The notes: a model not told the origin generated them from the sequence alone. A stretch of 59,754 bases of DNA, filler included, from Sphacelaria rigidula (GCA_964200075.2; 9 parts of 9 records of this genome joined end to end with filler, not necessarily neighbours in it), one strand, 5' to 3'. Positions 12,800-25,264 are shown, counted from the whole stretch's first letter. A program made the numbers and translations.

Positions 12800-13202
12800 T
12801 AAGAGAGGAACGGAAACACAAATCAGAACTCAGGGATAAGGAAAAACTCAGGGATTATTAAGAAAGTTGGGATTTAAGGCCAGGATATGACGAATTCCCC
12901 TAGGTAAACCCTGAAAACTGAACCCTGAGAAGAGACATGCGCAGCAACTCAGGATTAATTTTCAATTTTTCGAAAAAACCCTGAGTTGGTACACACCCCA
13001 AAGCGTTGGTGCCGAACTCAGGGCTATGAAACGGAACTAGACACCCTGCCCCATAACGACCAAGGTTACAGAAAAGCCGTAGGACAAATATCATAAGTGA
13101 GGCGGTGGCGGATGTCGTGAACGCCCGCGACAGCACTGGTGATGGCAGCTCGTTCACAAGGGTGACCCAAAACTACGAGGAACACTTGGAAGCAAACGGG
13201 GG
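12800..13202. repeat. Dispersed repeat capping the Gypsy 5' region; second copy at 53017-53104
   Basis: GGAAACACAAATCAGAACTCAGGGATAAG...GTTGGGATTTAAGGCCAGGATAT is near-identical in two different contigs. Confidence 0.75.
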
Positions 13203-13655
13203 NNNNNNNNNNNNNNNNNNNNNNNNNNNNNNNNNNNNNNNNNNNNTTAATTAATTAANNNNNNNNNNNNNNNNNNNNNNNNNNNNNNNNNNNNNNNNNN
13301 NNAGTCAGCCGTGCACCCTGGCCGGGGTTACGAAACACCGACGGGTCGAACAGTTCGTCATACCCATAGAGATCCTTCGAACCTTCTTTTTTTCCACGGT
13401 TCATTCGCACGGGTCTGAAAAACATACTTTGAGCGAATCGTTCGCTCAAAAGCTGTAGAAAAACAACCATTTATTGTGGGAGAAACCTGAGTTGTAAATC
13501 CTCAGTTATCCACCAACGGTTCCAATAGGGTTAATATTGTCATCATCATCGTCGTCATAATTCTTAATATCAATGTAACTTTGTTCCCCTTCTTAGTTTT
13601 TCATTCCTCGTTCTGCACCTTCCCTCTTTGCATTGTCGACATCCAAACTTATAGT

Positions 13656-15698
13656 CTGAGAAGTTGTCGAAGATTGTCGTCGCTGCCAGAGAGGCTGTTG
13701 TAGCAGGAGTCTGCCGTAGGGCAAAGCTTCGCTCGGCAGCATCCGCAGCCGTCAAAGTTCTCGAGCTCGGAGACCACGAAATCGGGCCAGACCTACGACT
13801 CCTTTTGACGCAAGCAAGCTTCAATGTGCCGCGCGCTCTGAGGGACGACGAAGATGTGATGGCTTTATCTTTAGGTGAGGCATGCTACGCACATCAGACA
13901 CTAGTCCATGTCACGGTACATGTGTAAATATTATTCTGAAATTTATGTTTTATCATTTTTTTCAATATCTCTACGCCAAGGTATGCATACTGATCTACGA
14001 TCGGCAGTTCCTCTTCTCCTCCACTTCAAATTGAACTCTACCGGGTTTTTCTTATCTTTGTTACAGACGAGTATTGCGCGTTTGTTGACGTTCTCTGTCA
14101 CTCTCCATTTCCTAGTGTATTCTAGCGCCTTGTCTATCCGTGTCCGTAACCCTTCTGGTCTTTCTGAGATCCCCACAAAATCATTCGCGAACATCAATCC
14201 TGATACCATATCTTCACCCACCTTGACCTCTTGTTTTGCTGCTTCTATTGCTACTATCAAGTCATTGATAACTACCCTGAACAAAGTGGGTGATAACGTA
14301 CATCCTTGTGCAACTCCTTGTAAGATATCGAAATAACTCTATATATCCCGTCTAGCGTCATGGCACTTTTGGCACATTCTGTCATCTTCTTCACCATTCT
14401 CCACATCTTTCCTCTAATCCCAGCTTCCCACAACTTTATCCACAACCCATTTCTCCATACTGTGTCATAGGCCTTTTGCACGTCTAGAAAGAAACAATAC
14501 GTTGTCCGCCCGGTGTCTTTCTTACCCTGAATAATGTTTTTAAGTGTGTACACATGGTCTACGCAACTACTGTTTGGTCTAAATCCTGCTTGTCCCTCGC
14601 TGACGTTTTTGTCCTTTTCTAGCATCGTGCCTACTCTATCGTTCAGAATTTTACGGAATGCTTTTGCTACCGTACTCAGTAGTGTTATCCCTCTGTAGTT
14701 CCCTGGGTCAGCGTTGTCTCCTTTTTTGGAAAGGTTGACTACTCCTTCTCTCCACCTCTTGGGTGTGTACTCGTTTTCCCAGATCCAGTTGTACAGCATG
14801 ACCATCATGGGGATCATTCCTTCTCCCCCGTACTTTGGAAGCTCATTCACTATTCCNNNNNNNNNNAGTTTAGCTACGCACTCCTTTACTTCATCTGTAG
14901 TACAGTCTCTCTGCAATTCCGTCGAGCCTCTATCCTCCCGTTTCGACGTCTTTAGATGTGCCTCTGTGGTGTTTCACGTATGTGCTGAGCAAACGGTAGG
15001 GGGTATTTGATGGCGCGCGGGCGGGTCGCGAGGGGGAGGGTGTATCCATACTCATGATCATGCATGCCGTAGTCATAAGACCATTGACCTCGCATCCCTA
15101 CAGGGGGGGGGGGGGGGGGGGGGGGGCAATTTATTTCACGAACTCCACCGTGACTTTACCAGTCCCTTCCGTGACGAGGTTAGAGTAGTCTGCCGTTCAA
15201 ACCCTGCTGTGTATCACTACTACCGTGCCTACGTATTTACCTCTAATAACATACCATACCTTATTATCTAAGGAAGGTGGGTGTAGTTGGCTTGGTGCAG
15301 TGGTTCACCAATGATTGACGGTGTATATTGTCACGGTTTGTGCGGTTTGCTTTGAGTGCTTCAATGATCGACTTGACGTTGTGATTTTTTTTTTCGTCGT
15401 TGGTGGTGGTGGTGGTGCTGCAGCAGCAGTCGTCACTCGTCATGTGCTCTCCATATGGTCTTGTGTCTCTTGCGTTTCTTGCTTTCCTCTTGTCTCGGAC
15501 ACAAATGAACTCTACTGATTGGCCATGCGTTTGTCAGCAGGCGAAGCGGGAGAGGACGATGGTGAGGATCACGTCAGTGGTCGTGGTGACGATATCTACT
15601 CGCAATATCTCGTCGGCTCCGAGGCTCTGGACAAGTTCGAGGCAGCAGTAAGGAAACTGAGAACTATGCAGGCCGAGACGCTGGCGGAGTATCACGAG
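13656..15698 (+). CDS. Two internal exons of an unidentified protein (about 13656-13874 and 15541-15698)
   Basis: Phase-1 donor G|GTGAG at 13875 joins the phase-1 acceptor CAGCAG| at 15540, giving ...DDEDVMALSLGEAGEDDGED...LRTMQAETLAEYHE|GT. The first acceptor is uncertain. Confidence 0.6.
13943..14935 (-). mobile_element. Non-LTR retrotransposon (LINE) reverse transcriptase fragment, intronic
   Basis: Motifs KKGDNADPGNYRGITLLS, QAGFRP, FFLDVQKAYDTVWR and LMFANDFV; frameshifted. Confidence 0.95.
15028..15100 (-). repeat. LINE 3'-end fragment of the oligo-C-tailed family. Other copies at 26463-26504, 27830-28010 (+), 39730-39804 and 59688-59754
   Basis: Shares GACCATTGACC.CGCATCCC and TACTCAT...GC.TGCC.TAGTC with the end of the LINE at 34550-34650. 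Confidence 0.75.
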
Positions 15699-15794
15699 GT
15701 GGGCCTTGTCATCTGTTTTTTGTTTTGTTGTGATCCACTGTGTCAGTTGTAACGTTGAAAGGTTGTGGTACTGGTGGTGGTATATTTCAGGCAT

Positions 15795-16192
15795 GTACAC
15801 GTTGCACGTTCACGTTCACGTTACGTTTATCATGTAAAAAGAAATTAACGTTCACGTTTACGTCACGTTTACGTTACGTAACGGTCACGGTACGCTTACG
15901 TTACGCTTACGTTACATTTACGTTACGTCTACGTTACCTTTACGTTACGTCTACGTTACGTTTACGTTACGTTTACGTTACGTTTACGTTCACGCTTACG
16001 TTCACGCTTACGTTCACGCTTACGTTACATTCACGTGACGTTTACGCCGCGTTCACGTCACGTTTCAAACGTTTCATGTAACGTTTCATTCTGTCGATGC
16101 CTCAGCTCATTTACCAGTGTTTAAGGCGTTGTCACGTGTCGTGTAACGCGTGACGTCACCGTGGACGTGACGCTGTTGGCACGTTTTACGTT
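15795..16192. repeat. ACGTT/TTACG low-complexity array plus an approximately 150-bp unit duplicated at 17494-17712
   Basis: Dense TTACG/TTCACG repeats. AAACGTTTCATGTAACGTTTCATT...GTAACGCGTGACGTCACCGTG occurs in both copies. Confidence 0.9.
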
Positions 16193-16193
16193 A

Positions 16194-17491
16194 CCGTAAT
16201 ATCCTCCGTGAACGCCCCCCCTTTAGAACACCCCCCGCCACCCAAAATCGTTTTTTGACGCCAAAAACCTTGTTCTCACCCCGGGGCGCTATATTTTTTG
16301 CAAAACAAAATCGCCCCTCTACCTTTGTGTCCACCCCGGGGCGTTTTTTGTTCGCCCCCCTTTTTTTTTGCGCCGCCGGGGCGTTCGTTCGTTTTTCGTG
16401 GCTCTCCACGGGGCGTTCTTTCAATCAGCTGCCTCCGCCACTGCTGCTGCTACAGCTGTCCTGTTCACTAGGATGGCTTCTTTGGCGTGGTGAAGCAGTC
16501 GCGCCCGCAGCTTCTGAATGAAGGCCCACGCCTTCCCCTCCCACCCCTCTGGCTTTTTTTGTCCCACACTAGTTTTCCGGCGGATCAAAAACCTGTGCCT
16601 CTTGAGGAATCGATAATACGATCTCTTGAATTTTCTTTCAAAAATGTCCACCTCCACTGGATAGCCGGCCCCAGGCAAGCCCCCCTGAAAGTTGGTCATT
16701 ACCTCGAGCAGCTTCGCCATGACGATCTTGCTACTTACAGCCGCGCCTTGCTTGCTGAGTGTGTTGACCTCATCCACGATGGCCTCTTCCACCTCTTCCG
16801 TTGGGGACGAGCGCACGGTGTGCAAGGAGCGAGATGGGGCCGCGTGATACCCCGAAGCTGCGTAGTTCTGATTCCTGCTCCTCCCGAAACCTCGAAAGCC
16901 TCACGTCGATGCCGAGGACCGTGGCCGCACCACGCTTCCCGACCTCTTTGCCGTCGATACAGCGGAGACGGCTGAACTCCAGCGCCTGAATCTTTTGGCA
17001 GATTTCGTACGAGGAGCGCCCCTTTGGCCCGGTGACTCCCGTGAGGGCAAAGTTGGGCTCAGGGTACACTCGTTCCAGGGACCCTTTTGTTTTTTGTTGG
17101 AGGGGCCGTCATCCCCATCCTCCTAATCCTCACCACCCTGCGGACGACGCAAGCTCCCCCAATCACAAGCCTTTTTGCGCCTCTTGAAAGCTTGCTCGTA
17201 GATAGCGTTGAGGCCCGACATCGTGGGTTCCAAAACGAGAGAGGTCCGCGTAGACGTGCTGTGGATGTTGTGCAAGTAAAAGCTAAGAAAAAGGCTCACG
17301 CCCCGGTGGCTTTTGTTAGTGGTCGTGGTGTTCTATTTGCCCAATTGAATAGTCGGCGCCCCGGGGCGAAAAAGTCCCGGGGTGTTTTTTTTCTACGGAA
17401 GATCGCCCCTCTACCTTTGAGAACACCCCGGGGCGATCCTCTGACGACCGGATTTTGACGCGCCCCCCGGGGCGTTCACAGGATGTTACAG
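16194..17491 (-). mobile_element. Internally deleted pogo/Tc1-mariner transposon with TA TSD, retaining only the N-terminal HTH and CENP-B-type DNA-binding part
   Basis: TA|CCGTAATATCCTCCGTGAACGCCC...GGGCGTTCACAGGATGTTACAG|TA. ORFs 16770-17069 (GAATVLGID, HTH) and 16421-16825 (FKRSYYRFLKRHRFLIRRKTSVGQK). No DDE domain. Confidence 0.85.
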
Positions 17492-17893
17492 TACGTTGCG
17501 TCTACGGTACGCTTATGTTACGCTCACGTTACGCTCACGGTACGCTTACTTTACGTTTACGTTACATTTACCTTACGTTTACGCCGCGTTTACGTCACGT
17601 TTGAAACGTTTCATGTAACGTTTCATTATGTGCATGCCGCAGCTCATGCACCAGTGTTCAAGGCGTTGTCACGTGTCGTGTAACGCGTGACGTCACCGTG
17701 TACGTGACGCTGACGGTGGCCCGTCGTATGTTTGAGGGTAGGCGTATTATCTGATTGTGTAACGTGACTTTCTCTACCGTGTATCGTTCATTCGTTTTTG
17801 ATCGTATTATTTTCATCTTTTTTATGCCAATCTTCAATTTTCAATTTTCGAGTGCTTGGTATTTCGCACGACAGCACACACTGTACACACCAC

Positions 17894-18053
17894 AGTTCGT
17901 GAACATGATTGAACGCCGGCTTTTGTCGTCCTGGCATTTCGCAGTCAAAATTATATCGGGTGTCCTTGGTTCTAGTTCGTGAATATGATTAAACGCCGGC
18001 TTGAGGCGTCCTGGCGTTTCGCAGACAGAACTATATTGGGTACCCGTGGTTCT
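17894..18053. repeat. Tandem duplication of an approximately 80-bp unit
   Basis: AGTTCGTGAA.ATGATT.AACGCCGGCTT...GGTTCT occurs twice. Confidence 0.85.
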
Positions 18054-20875
18054 ACATTCGTATACATGTATTCATGGACGAATCAGATAGGTCATCACGG
18101 CCGGCAGAGACAGGCGCACGTGTGCATACACATATGCATGGCAGGTTTACACCGCGATCCAGGCAACTAATTCATTTATTTCCCTTGACGAGCTTTTGTT
18201 TTACTGTGCACACTCTGATGCTTTTTTTATTTTTCCATCAGTTTGATCCGCTACGAAATCAGCTGTGGTCGCAGGACAAATGTACCCAACGTGGAGAAAC
18301 TACAACTCTCGCTACTTCGATAAGAATAAAAAAATTGACCGAATAATAGTGGAGATGAAAAATATGAAATCAACAGAACAACAAACATAACGCTCGCTAC
18401 TTTGACAAAAAATAAACTCAATGGAGTATTGAACAACAAAAATAAAGACCAACAGAAACGAAGAGAATCCTCCGCCGCAGAAGACAAACTTAATACAAGC
18501 ATTCACGACGACGCCCCCCCGGCCCTCCCCTCGACCACTACAGTACATCCACGATATGCTCGTCCCATGCAAGATTAATGATCTCCCCTTCGCCTTCAGC
18601 CTGTGCAGCGTCGCGTGTCGCCGCGCCTCCTCCTGCCTTGCGTGGATATTGGCCTTCCCCGGGTTGATAAATTTCACCTCCTTCACGCGGCTAGCGTTGA
18701 GACGCAGGGACATCGTCTTGGACACGTGGTCGGAGCCCATTTGACATATCAGCTCGATGAGAGTAATCGAAACAACTGAGGAGTCCCGCTCCGATCAGCA
18801 ACTCGTGCTGTTCACGCTGAGGCATATAGACCTTTGTCACTCAAGATCAGATCGCCATGTGGACTCCTCCCATCACGGGCACATGGACTTCAGCAGCTCA
18901 AGTTATTTATGTATTAACCCTCAGCATAGTATAGGAGAACATGACCATGGCCTCTCTCCACCAGAGTGGCAATATCAAGCCTCACGTCATGGAGGTCACC
19001 CATCACAGAGTCCGGCAATCAGACCCGCAACTCCACCTGCACAATGTCTCTAACCTTAGGTAACAATGGTGGCTGGAGTCTACAGGTAGACTCGTGCCAG
19101 TGCAGACAACTGTGGAAAACTTCCGCCCCTCGATGATCGACCCGCGCCCACCGAGCACGGGGTCCCCGCCGATCGCCAGTAGGCGATAACATCCAGACGG
19201 GCGTCTGCAGACGGCGCAATGCGCTCGTAGGCCACCATCTCCTTCCCCAAGCGGGAAAAAATGGTCATGGATGACCCCGCCGCCTGGACGCTGGAGGTCT
19301 CTCCGATGGCGGCGGCGCGGCTGGCCCCACGCTCCTCGAACAGGCTCCCTGGGCGTTTCAGTGCAGGCTCCTCAACGCTGCCCGCCGCCCCATGAAAAGA
19401 AGTAGCTGTCTCCCTGCTACCCAACTCAGTGTCCATCGCCTTGCCTAGCGCGACCAGCACCTCTTTCGCCTTGTCGCGCAAAGTGTGATCGTCCACCTCC
19501 GTCAAATCCCCGTTGCCGCACACCGAGCCATCCATTGTTTTGTAGCGCGGGTCCAGATGAAGAAATTAAGATCTCCATGGTGGTGGAGGCCACACTGACC
19601 TTGCGATCCTTGAGCTGCTCGATGCAGACAGATACCGCCTTGTGCACTGGGGCCTGGAGGTCATCGACGCACTGGAAACCGACGCTCGACAAGGTCATCA
19701 ACAACCTAACCTCAGAAGTAAAGGACGATGATGTTGTCAGGACCCTCGAGGCGGCGCATGAAGAGTACCGCAAGATGGGGTACACCGGTGGCTTCTGCAG
19801 CCTGCAGCTTGATCTGACTACTGTGGCCAACCAGGACTTCTGCACAGCATCAGNNNNNNNNNNNNNNNNNNNNNNNNNNNNNNNNNNNNNNNNNNNNTTA
19901 ATTAATTAANNNNNNNNNNNNNNNNNNNNNNNNNNNNNNNNNNNNNNNNNNNNGACTCACTTAAAGCGAATGATCAAAGCCACTCTCAATCGTATCATCT
20001 ACTCTCAATCTCACGAAAACACTGTTTTGGCTGTTTTCCGCGTACGAACGTAAAAACACAGCAATTAACATCATGCGCAGTTACCCACGGTTTCTCAGGA
20101 ATACTACACTATATGGCCCTGCGGCTGCGAAAAATGGTGCCAGACCGCGCGCACTTCGACGCTGACGACTAGTTGCGCCTGGGGATACATGATAACATAC
20201 CAAATGTATCGTCTAAAATTACAACAAGCATATATCGTGCACACTTCACCAACCACGAAGGTAACGGCGGTTCAGTTTCCAATAAGAATGCAAGGACAAA
20301 ACGACGATAGACTATGTGCAACAATCCAAGGACTAAGTGTTCTGCCCATGCACAGCTCACTCCGCAGCCTTTGGAACAAGTGGCCTTTTCCCGAATAATA
20401 CATCTCGTATACCTGCGTTTTGACAATTGAAACTGACGCAATAGATGGAGATGTTGACAGTCATGAAAAATCGACGATATTCCGGCTGGATCCCGGGAGG
20501 ATTATTTGAAGTACGACAATCAATCAAACCAATGAAAAGAACAGAGCACACGATAACACTATTATAATCGAAAAACAAACATTTTCCAGATTTAACAGCT
20601 GATACCCTTCAGATACCGTCTGCAACCACAGTGATGATATCATTGTCAGCTGACGTCTATGCACTGTCTGATCGGTTTTGCGAGAGAGGGTTTCTATTTA
20701 TTTATATGTAACGGTCGACGATACCACCAGATTCTCCGTCACTCAGGTAGGGACCAGTCAGCAAGGGCTATAGTTCTTGGGCTATGAGCAGGCGCATACA
20801 CGGGTGCCACAACGGTTGCTAAGGCCCTTCCTTTGTGCTGTTTCCCCAGTTTGTAAAGCAAGCATGATTCGAAAA

Positions 20876-23800
20876 TCATAAGCATTTGACAGGAAGGATC
20901 TCTTCGGCTATGAAGGTGACGATATCCTCGGGGCGGACCTTGAGCACTCGCCGAAGGAGCGGATTCACGATGGGGTCCACCTTGAGACGATAAGCACAGA
21001 GACAACACAGCAGTCAGAATTCGAGGGGTGCATGTGCGCCGAAACATCACTTCAATACAGGAAAATACAGTATGAGGCGACAAATGCGGCGTTAATATTT
21101 CCAACCCAGGAGGCCGTACTTGATACCGGTTTGCTTTTTCCCAGAGTCCAATCTCAGGTTGTGTTCAGACCAGCGGTGAAGGAAACAGTGCGATAGCCAT
21201 GCATACCTTTTGCTTAACGTATGACATCATTTCATCATACGTGGGATTCCCAGGACCGACTGAAGTACGCTCCACGGAACCTTCCGACAACCGCTCCGAA
21301 GACAATTCTTGGAACCAGTACTTGAGATCCCTGGCACGCACGAGTGGTTCGACGGCAGAACGGGCGGTCAACATGTGGCTACACCCAAGTTTTTTTTTCT
21401 GGAACCTCCACACCCGAGGTTAAAAAAAAATGATTGCCGTTAGTTAATATCGATGGAGAATGCCAGCAACCCCGGCAACATGGTGCTCCAGGGGAAACGA
21501 ACAGCCGTGTTCCTGGTGATGAACATTATAAACCATGCCCAACTCTATGGAGCAGCATAGTGTCCTCACCCTTCTGTTGTCGTACGATGCTCCGTCGTAG
21601 TCGAGAAAGTCACGGAGGGACAAAACACAAAGACATTACGATTTTCGATTATCATGCTCCGGTGCCTTTGTTTTGTTTACTCGATATTTCTAAACGAATT
21701 TGAGGTGGGCCTCTATCGCACAGAAGTCCGAGTGACACTAGTGTGCAATCGAGGTACTCAAGCAAGATGTACATGCCACTACACAGTAATGCGTTTCAAA
21801 GAAAGGGCGCCATGAATGTCGACAGCCAGGGGAGAGTTTGAAGCTAACCAAAACAATTCACCTCGGGCAGCTGTTGCTTTTGAAGATAATGTGACAGCCC
21901 TTACTGTTGAGCATTGGAGCCGGAGTAGTGCGACCTTGCAAGTTTGCTCACCCACCAACCTCGAGATACTGTTCTTGCACATTGGAACTCGGCATCTTCC
22001 ACTTGCGTGTTTTCCATCCTTATACAACATGATGTGCGTTGTGGATTTGGCTCATGAAGCGAACCATGCTCGAACTAATAAAACCAACAACGCAAGGCAT
22101 AAAAAATTCATGGACCCAGCATTTTTGCAATTAAATGAAATAAATATCACGTCACATCTCTCCACCTAGCTGATGTTGCAAACTGCCACACTATTCTATA
22201 GATCAACACTGACACACGTTACCATCTAGGAGTGCGGGTTTCATGAACCATGAATATTCACCTGGCGGCGTTCTGGCTGGAGCTACTGCCGTAAACGGCG
22301 TTTCTCATTCTGTCCTTCCCAAACATGGCCCTCAATGAGCTCGGGAACCGTTCCTTGGCCTGAAAACAGGAGATTTTGATGAGCGATACGGTCCAAAGCG
22401 GAAATGATCAGTTTGCCATTCAAGTCCGACATGAAACCGCACTCAATGCAGCCGGCGGAAGTGGTTCAGTTTTTGTGGAATGTGATCGAGCTGTCGTGGA
22501 ATCACCGACAAAGTGATCAAGTGATCACTCATCCATTTCGCGGTTATATGTGTACGTTACAGTATGCAACAAAGCGGGATAAATGTCTGACCAAGCATGT
22601 TCCATGCTATAGACGTTTCATCTAGTATTGGAGTGAAACAGCTCGACCGCCGCATGGGAAATAGTTGAACATTGGACGAGAAGTTCGAGTCTCGCCAAAT
22701 CTTCACTGAGCGGCACTACTCGTTCTGTACTTCATTCCGTGTTTCTTGCATGTGGAAAACTACGTGCACTATGGTATGTTTACATTTCTTGAATGTAATC
22801 CATGACGTGTCTAGATATGTCGCTCAACGTAGGCAACCCGAAGGTTGAGCGTTTCTCCATGAATAACACCACTTTCGGCCGTTTCTTGCACGTGTTTGTG
22901 TCAAACCTCGTGGGAAAGTGCCGTTTCGGCGCTGCGGTGTCGTCGCGACTTGTCATACACATCCACATCATCAACGGTATGGTGTCCTTGTGCGGGGCCG
23001 GATGGGTTCACGGAAAACTGACACGGCTTCGACAGAATTTTCTAGGGCCCTTTCTTTCATCGCGCCTCTGAGCTACTCATATTTCCTCCCTAGTTGGCAA
23101 CAAACATGTTTCTAACACCCCCGTAATTAGTGAGGAACCACCATGTTTTTGTGCTGAATCCTATGCTTTGCGGGCGTGCCGTTGGATGCCGCCAACTCAC
23201 CTTGGATACGTTTAGCTTATGGATGATGACCACAGCTGTATTGAAGCAATGATGATCACTCAATGTGCGACAATCAATGACAGCAGTGAAAGAAAAGCAA
23301 GCAATATCTCGTGCGCGATTTTATCTCTCAAGAACGCGTTTAGACCCCAAGTCGTGCAAACAGTGCCCCTGGGATAGACAGTGTGACCGTACTCCTGGCC
23401 TTACAATTTTAGTTTTTCGTCTTCAGAACAACCTACTCACTCGATTTATGATGGTGGACGTTACAACATTTGCGGGCGGGCGGAAAGTAGTGGCTCGAAT
23501 GAGATGCTTTGTCCTTACTTGAAACATTTGTAAACTCGTGTTTTGAGTGATATTACGACAGGGGTGCACGAATATTTTCTGAGGTTTGAATTGTCAGGAG
23601 CCCTTTATCCCATCCAAACACAACTTATGGAATGTGTGAGAGTACTCCAGGAATACTATTCCAATGTCCTGAATGAATATGCAAACGGGGATACCCTGAC
23701 TCATATTCTTGTGCATTTAGAAAGTTCAGGAGCCCCTGAACCAGACAAGATTTGCGCCAAAAGTGCACCCCTACCGTAGCATTGCTCCGTTGGACCACGT

Positions 23801-24701
23801 ACGGATACCTCTGACCGAAATCGTTCGGTGTGCATGCAAGGGACTGCCCAGGTTCGAACAGCAACCAAAAGTGGGAGTACCAACTCATCTTCTACTTCGA
23901 AGGTTAAGACTCGCGCTCAAATGACCAAAAAGCACTGCAGATAGCTATTTCCCGAAGGTCTCTCCCCCCCGCTTTAATCCTCTCGATCTCCTCTCTCTCG
24001 TACGTTACCCGCTAGGGAATGGCACCCTGCATGCATGCTCATGGTCATGACATGGTTTTGTCATCATCGGTTGTTTAGAGAATAGAGAATGTTCCGTCAC
24101 TACTGAGCATGCAGGTTTAGGTCAGCCATCTCATTCTGTGCTTTGCTTTTGTTGACTTTTGTTTCCATCATTTATTTTTTTCTTCACGTCTTCGTCTATC
24201 ATGTCGTTCTGTTCGACTTTTTTTCTGATTTTTCTTTTCTGCAGAGAGTGTTTCGCTTTTGCTTTTCTTGGGTACGTCTATCATACGACCACGGCTGGAC
24301 CCCTGGAGGGTCAGTTAAAGTGCGATAATCGATCAAACCAAATCAATTAATCAATCACTCCCCGCCTGCATACAGTGTCTGACCATCCGGTTGAGAATAC
24401 CCGCGAGATTCGTGGAACGTCTGGTGCAAAATGAAGTACAAAGCTCATTGCTTCAAGTCCATGATTATACACCTTCTTCGCCCACCAGCTTGTCAGCTCT
24501 GTACTCTGTATTCTGTAGATACTGTACCTCTGCAGGATCCGCGGGTCCCATAAGGGCCTGGAAGGCATCCACCGCTGCGACCCTGCTGAGGCACAGCGCC
24601 GTCGTTTCTCCACCTTCCGTCAAAAACTTGCTCAAGTCTTGGAACCATGTCTCCTTGGCCTCTTCAACGAAAATCTCACGAGCGTCTCTTTCGTGCAATA
24701 T
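20876..24701 (-). CDS. NME5: NDK-domain plus C-terminal Dpy-30 protein (NME5/NDK5/radial spoke protein 23-like), 3' part. Exons 24701-24528, 22359-22262, 21330-21207 and 20980-20876
   Basis: Four GT-AG exons with consistent phases splice to ILHERDAREIFVEEAKETWFQDLSKFLTEGGETTALCLSRVAAVDAFQALMGPADPAE-AKERFPSSLRAMFGKDRMRNAVYGSSSSQNAAR-DLKYWF...MMSYVKQK-VDPIVNPLLRRVLKVRPEDIVTFIAEEILPVKCL*. NDK + Dpy-30 is the NME5 architecture; orthology is inferred. Confidence 0.8.
23545..23787. mobile_element. MITE with GAG...CTC ends and about 25-bp TIRs (Sola-like ends). Copies at 51062-51224 and 53205-53265
   Basis: GAGTGAT..TACG..AGGGGTGCAC / GTGCACCCCTACCGTAGCATTGCTC, with internal AGGAGCCCC repeats shared between copies. 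Confidence 0.75.
24270..24357 (+). repeat. Short retroposon 3' end with (AATC)n tail. Related copies at about 28783-28828, 29074-29152 and 30137-30238
   Basis: Shared ACGGCTGG..CC..G..G.TC.GTT...GTGCGATAATC followed by AATC repeats. Confidence 0.7.
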
Positions 24702-25264
24702 CTAAATTAATGGAGGCGTACATGAGACGAACAGCTGTTTTGAAGGTCAACCGGCCATTTTGATCCTGCTAAACCGTAGGTGAACAATGATCTTATCTCA
24801 TATCAAGGGCCACGGACAGTCTCCGTCTGCTGCCTGGGCTTTGTACCTCTTTATGTTAACATCTTCAAAATCACGATATTCAACCCTATATCGCTGAGAA
24901 CTTCGCACGGCTAGGGTACGCCACGTGTTGTCTATTTACAACACATCAATAGCAAGGTGTACCTCGGACGATAAGACTGTAGACGGCTTGATCGAACGCA
25001 ACCTGTGCTGTCCGGCTATAGGTGTCTGTGGCGAGGAACAAATGACGCTCATGTCGTCGCGGTAGGATATGGTGCGTCCCTTTCACACATAGCATCAAAA
25101 CGCTCCGCAACCGCAAGCTACAGTTGCAACGTACGTACTACGTAGACGAAATGTTCGGAACGTGAACAGTATCTCCAACATGCCCACCAAATAGGATATT
25201 ACCCAGCAACCCAGCCCACGCGTTGATGTGAGTGCCAACGGAGGAGTCGGGGGAAGGGAACACA

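Larger units (their letters stand above)
7734..12800 (-). mobile_element. Decayed Ty3/Gypsy LTR retrotransposon, internal region (gag-PR-RT-RNaseH-IN-chromodomain)
   Basis: Gag zinc knuckle CVQCGQVDHYARKC (12055-12651), protease VLDSGA (10546-11646), RT motifs (DYGAVN, KLDLL, WTDD), RNase H FPDASECHWG (9450-10007), integrase H2C2 and DDE core (8287-9520), chromodomain-like LVDSIGFEVEEPTWEP (7734-8150). Several frameshifts and stops. Confidence 0.95.
15788..19853 (-). mobile_element. Decayed hAT transposon with ACGT-rich subterminal repeats and transposase remnants
   Basis: CAGGCATGTACACG terminus at 15788. hAT dimerization-domain text LDVIAYWR...FPQLSALARVYL (19080-19535, -) and SVNSTSC*SERDSS...KTMSLRLN (about 18690-18820, -). 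First-Asp region FCSLQLDLTT on the + strand (19535-19853). Confidence 0.75.

Noticed and set aside
15740..16081. ORF rich in TFTLRLRY repeats
   Set aside because: It is a translation of the ACGTT low-complexity array.
24780..25030. Upstream NDK exons (LRSIKPS; LSDIGLNIVILKM)
   Set aside because: They resemble NDK N-terminal motifs, but I could not find a convincing donor before the in-frame stop, so they are left out of the gene model.
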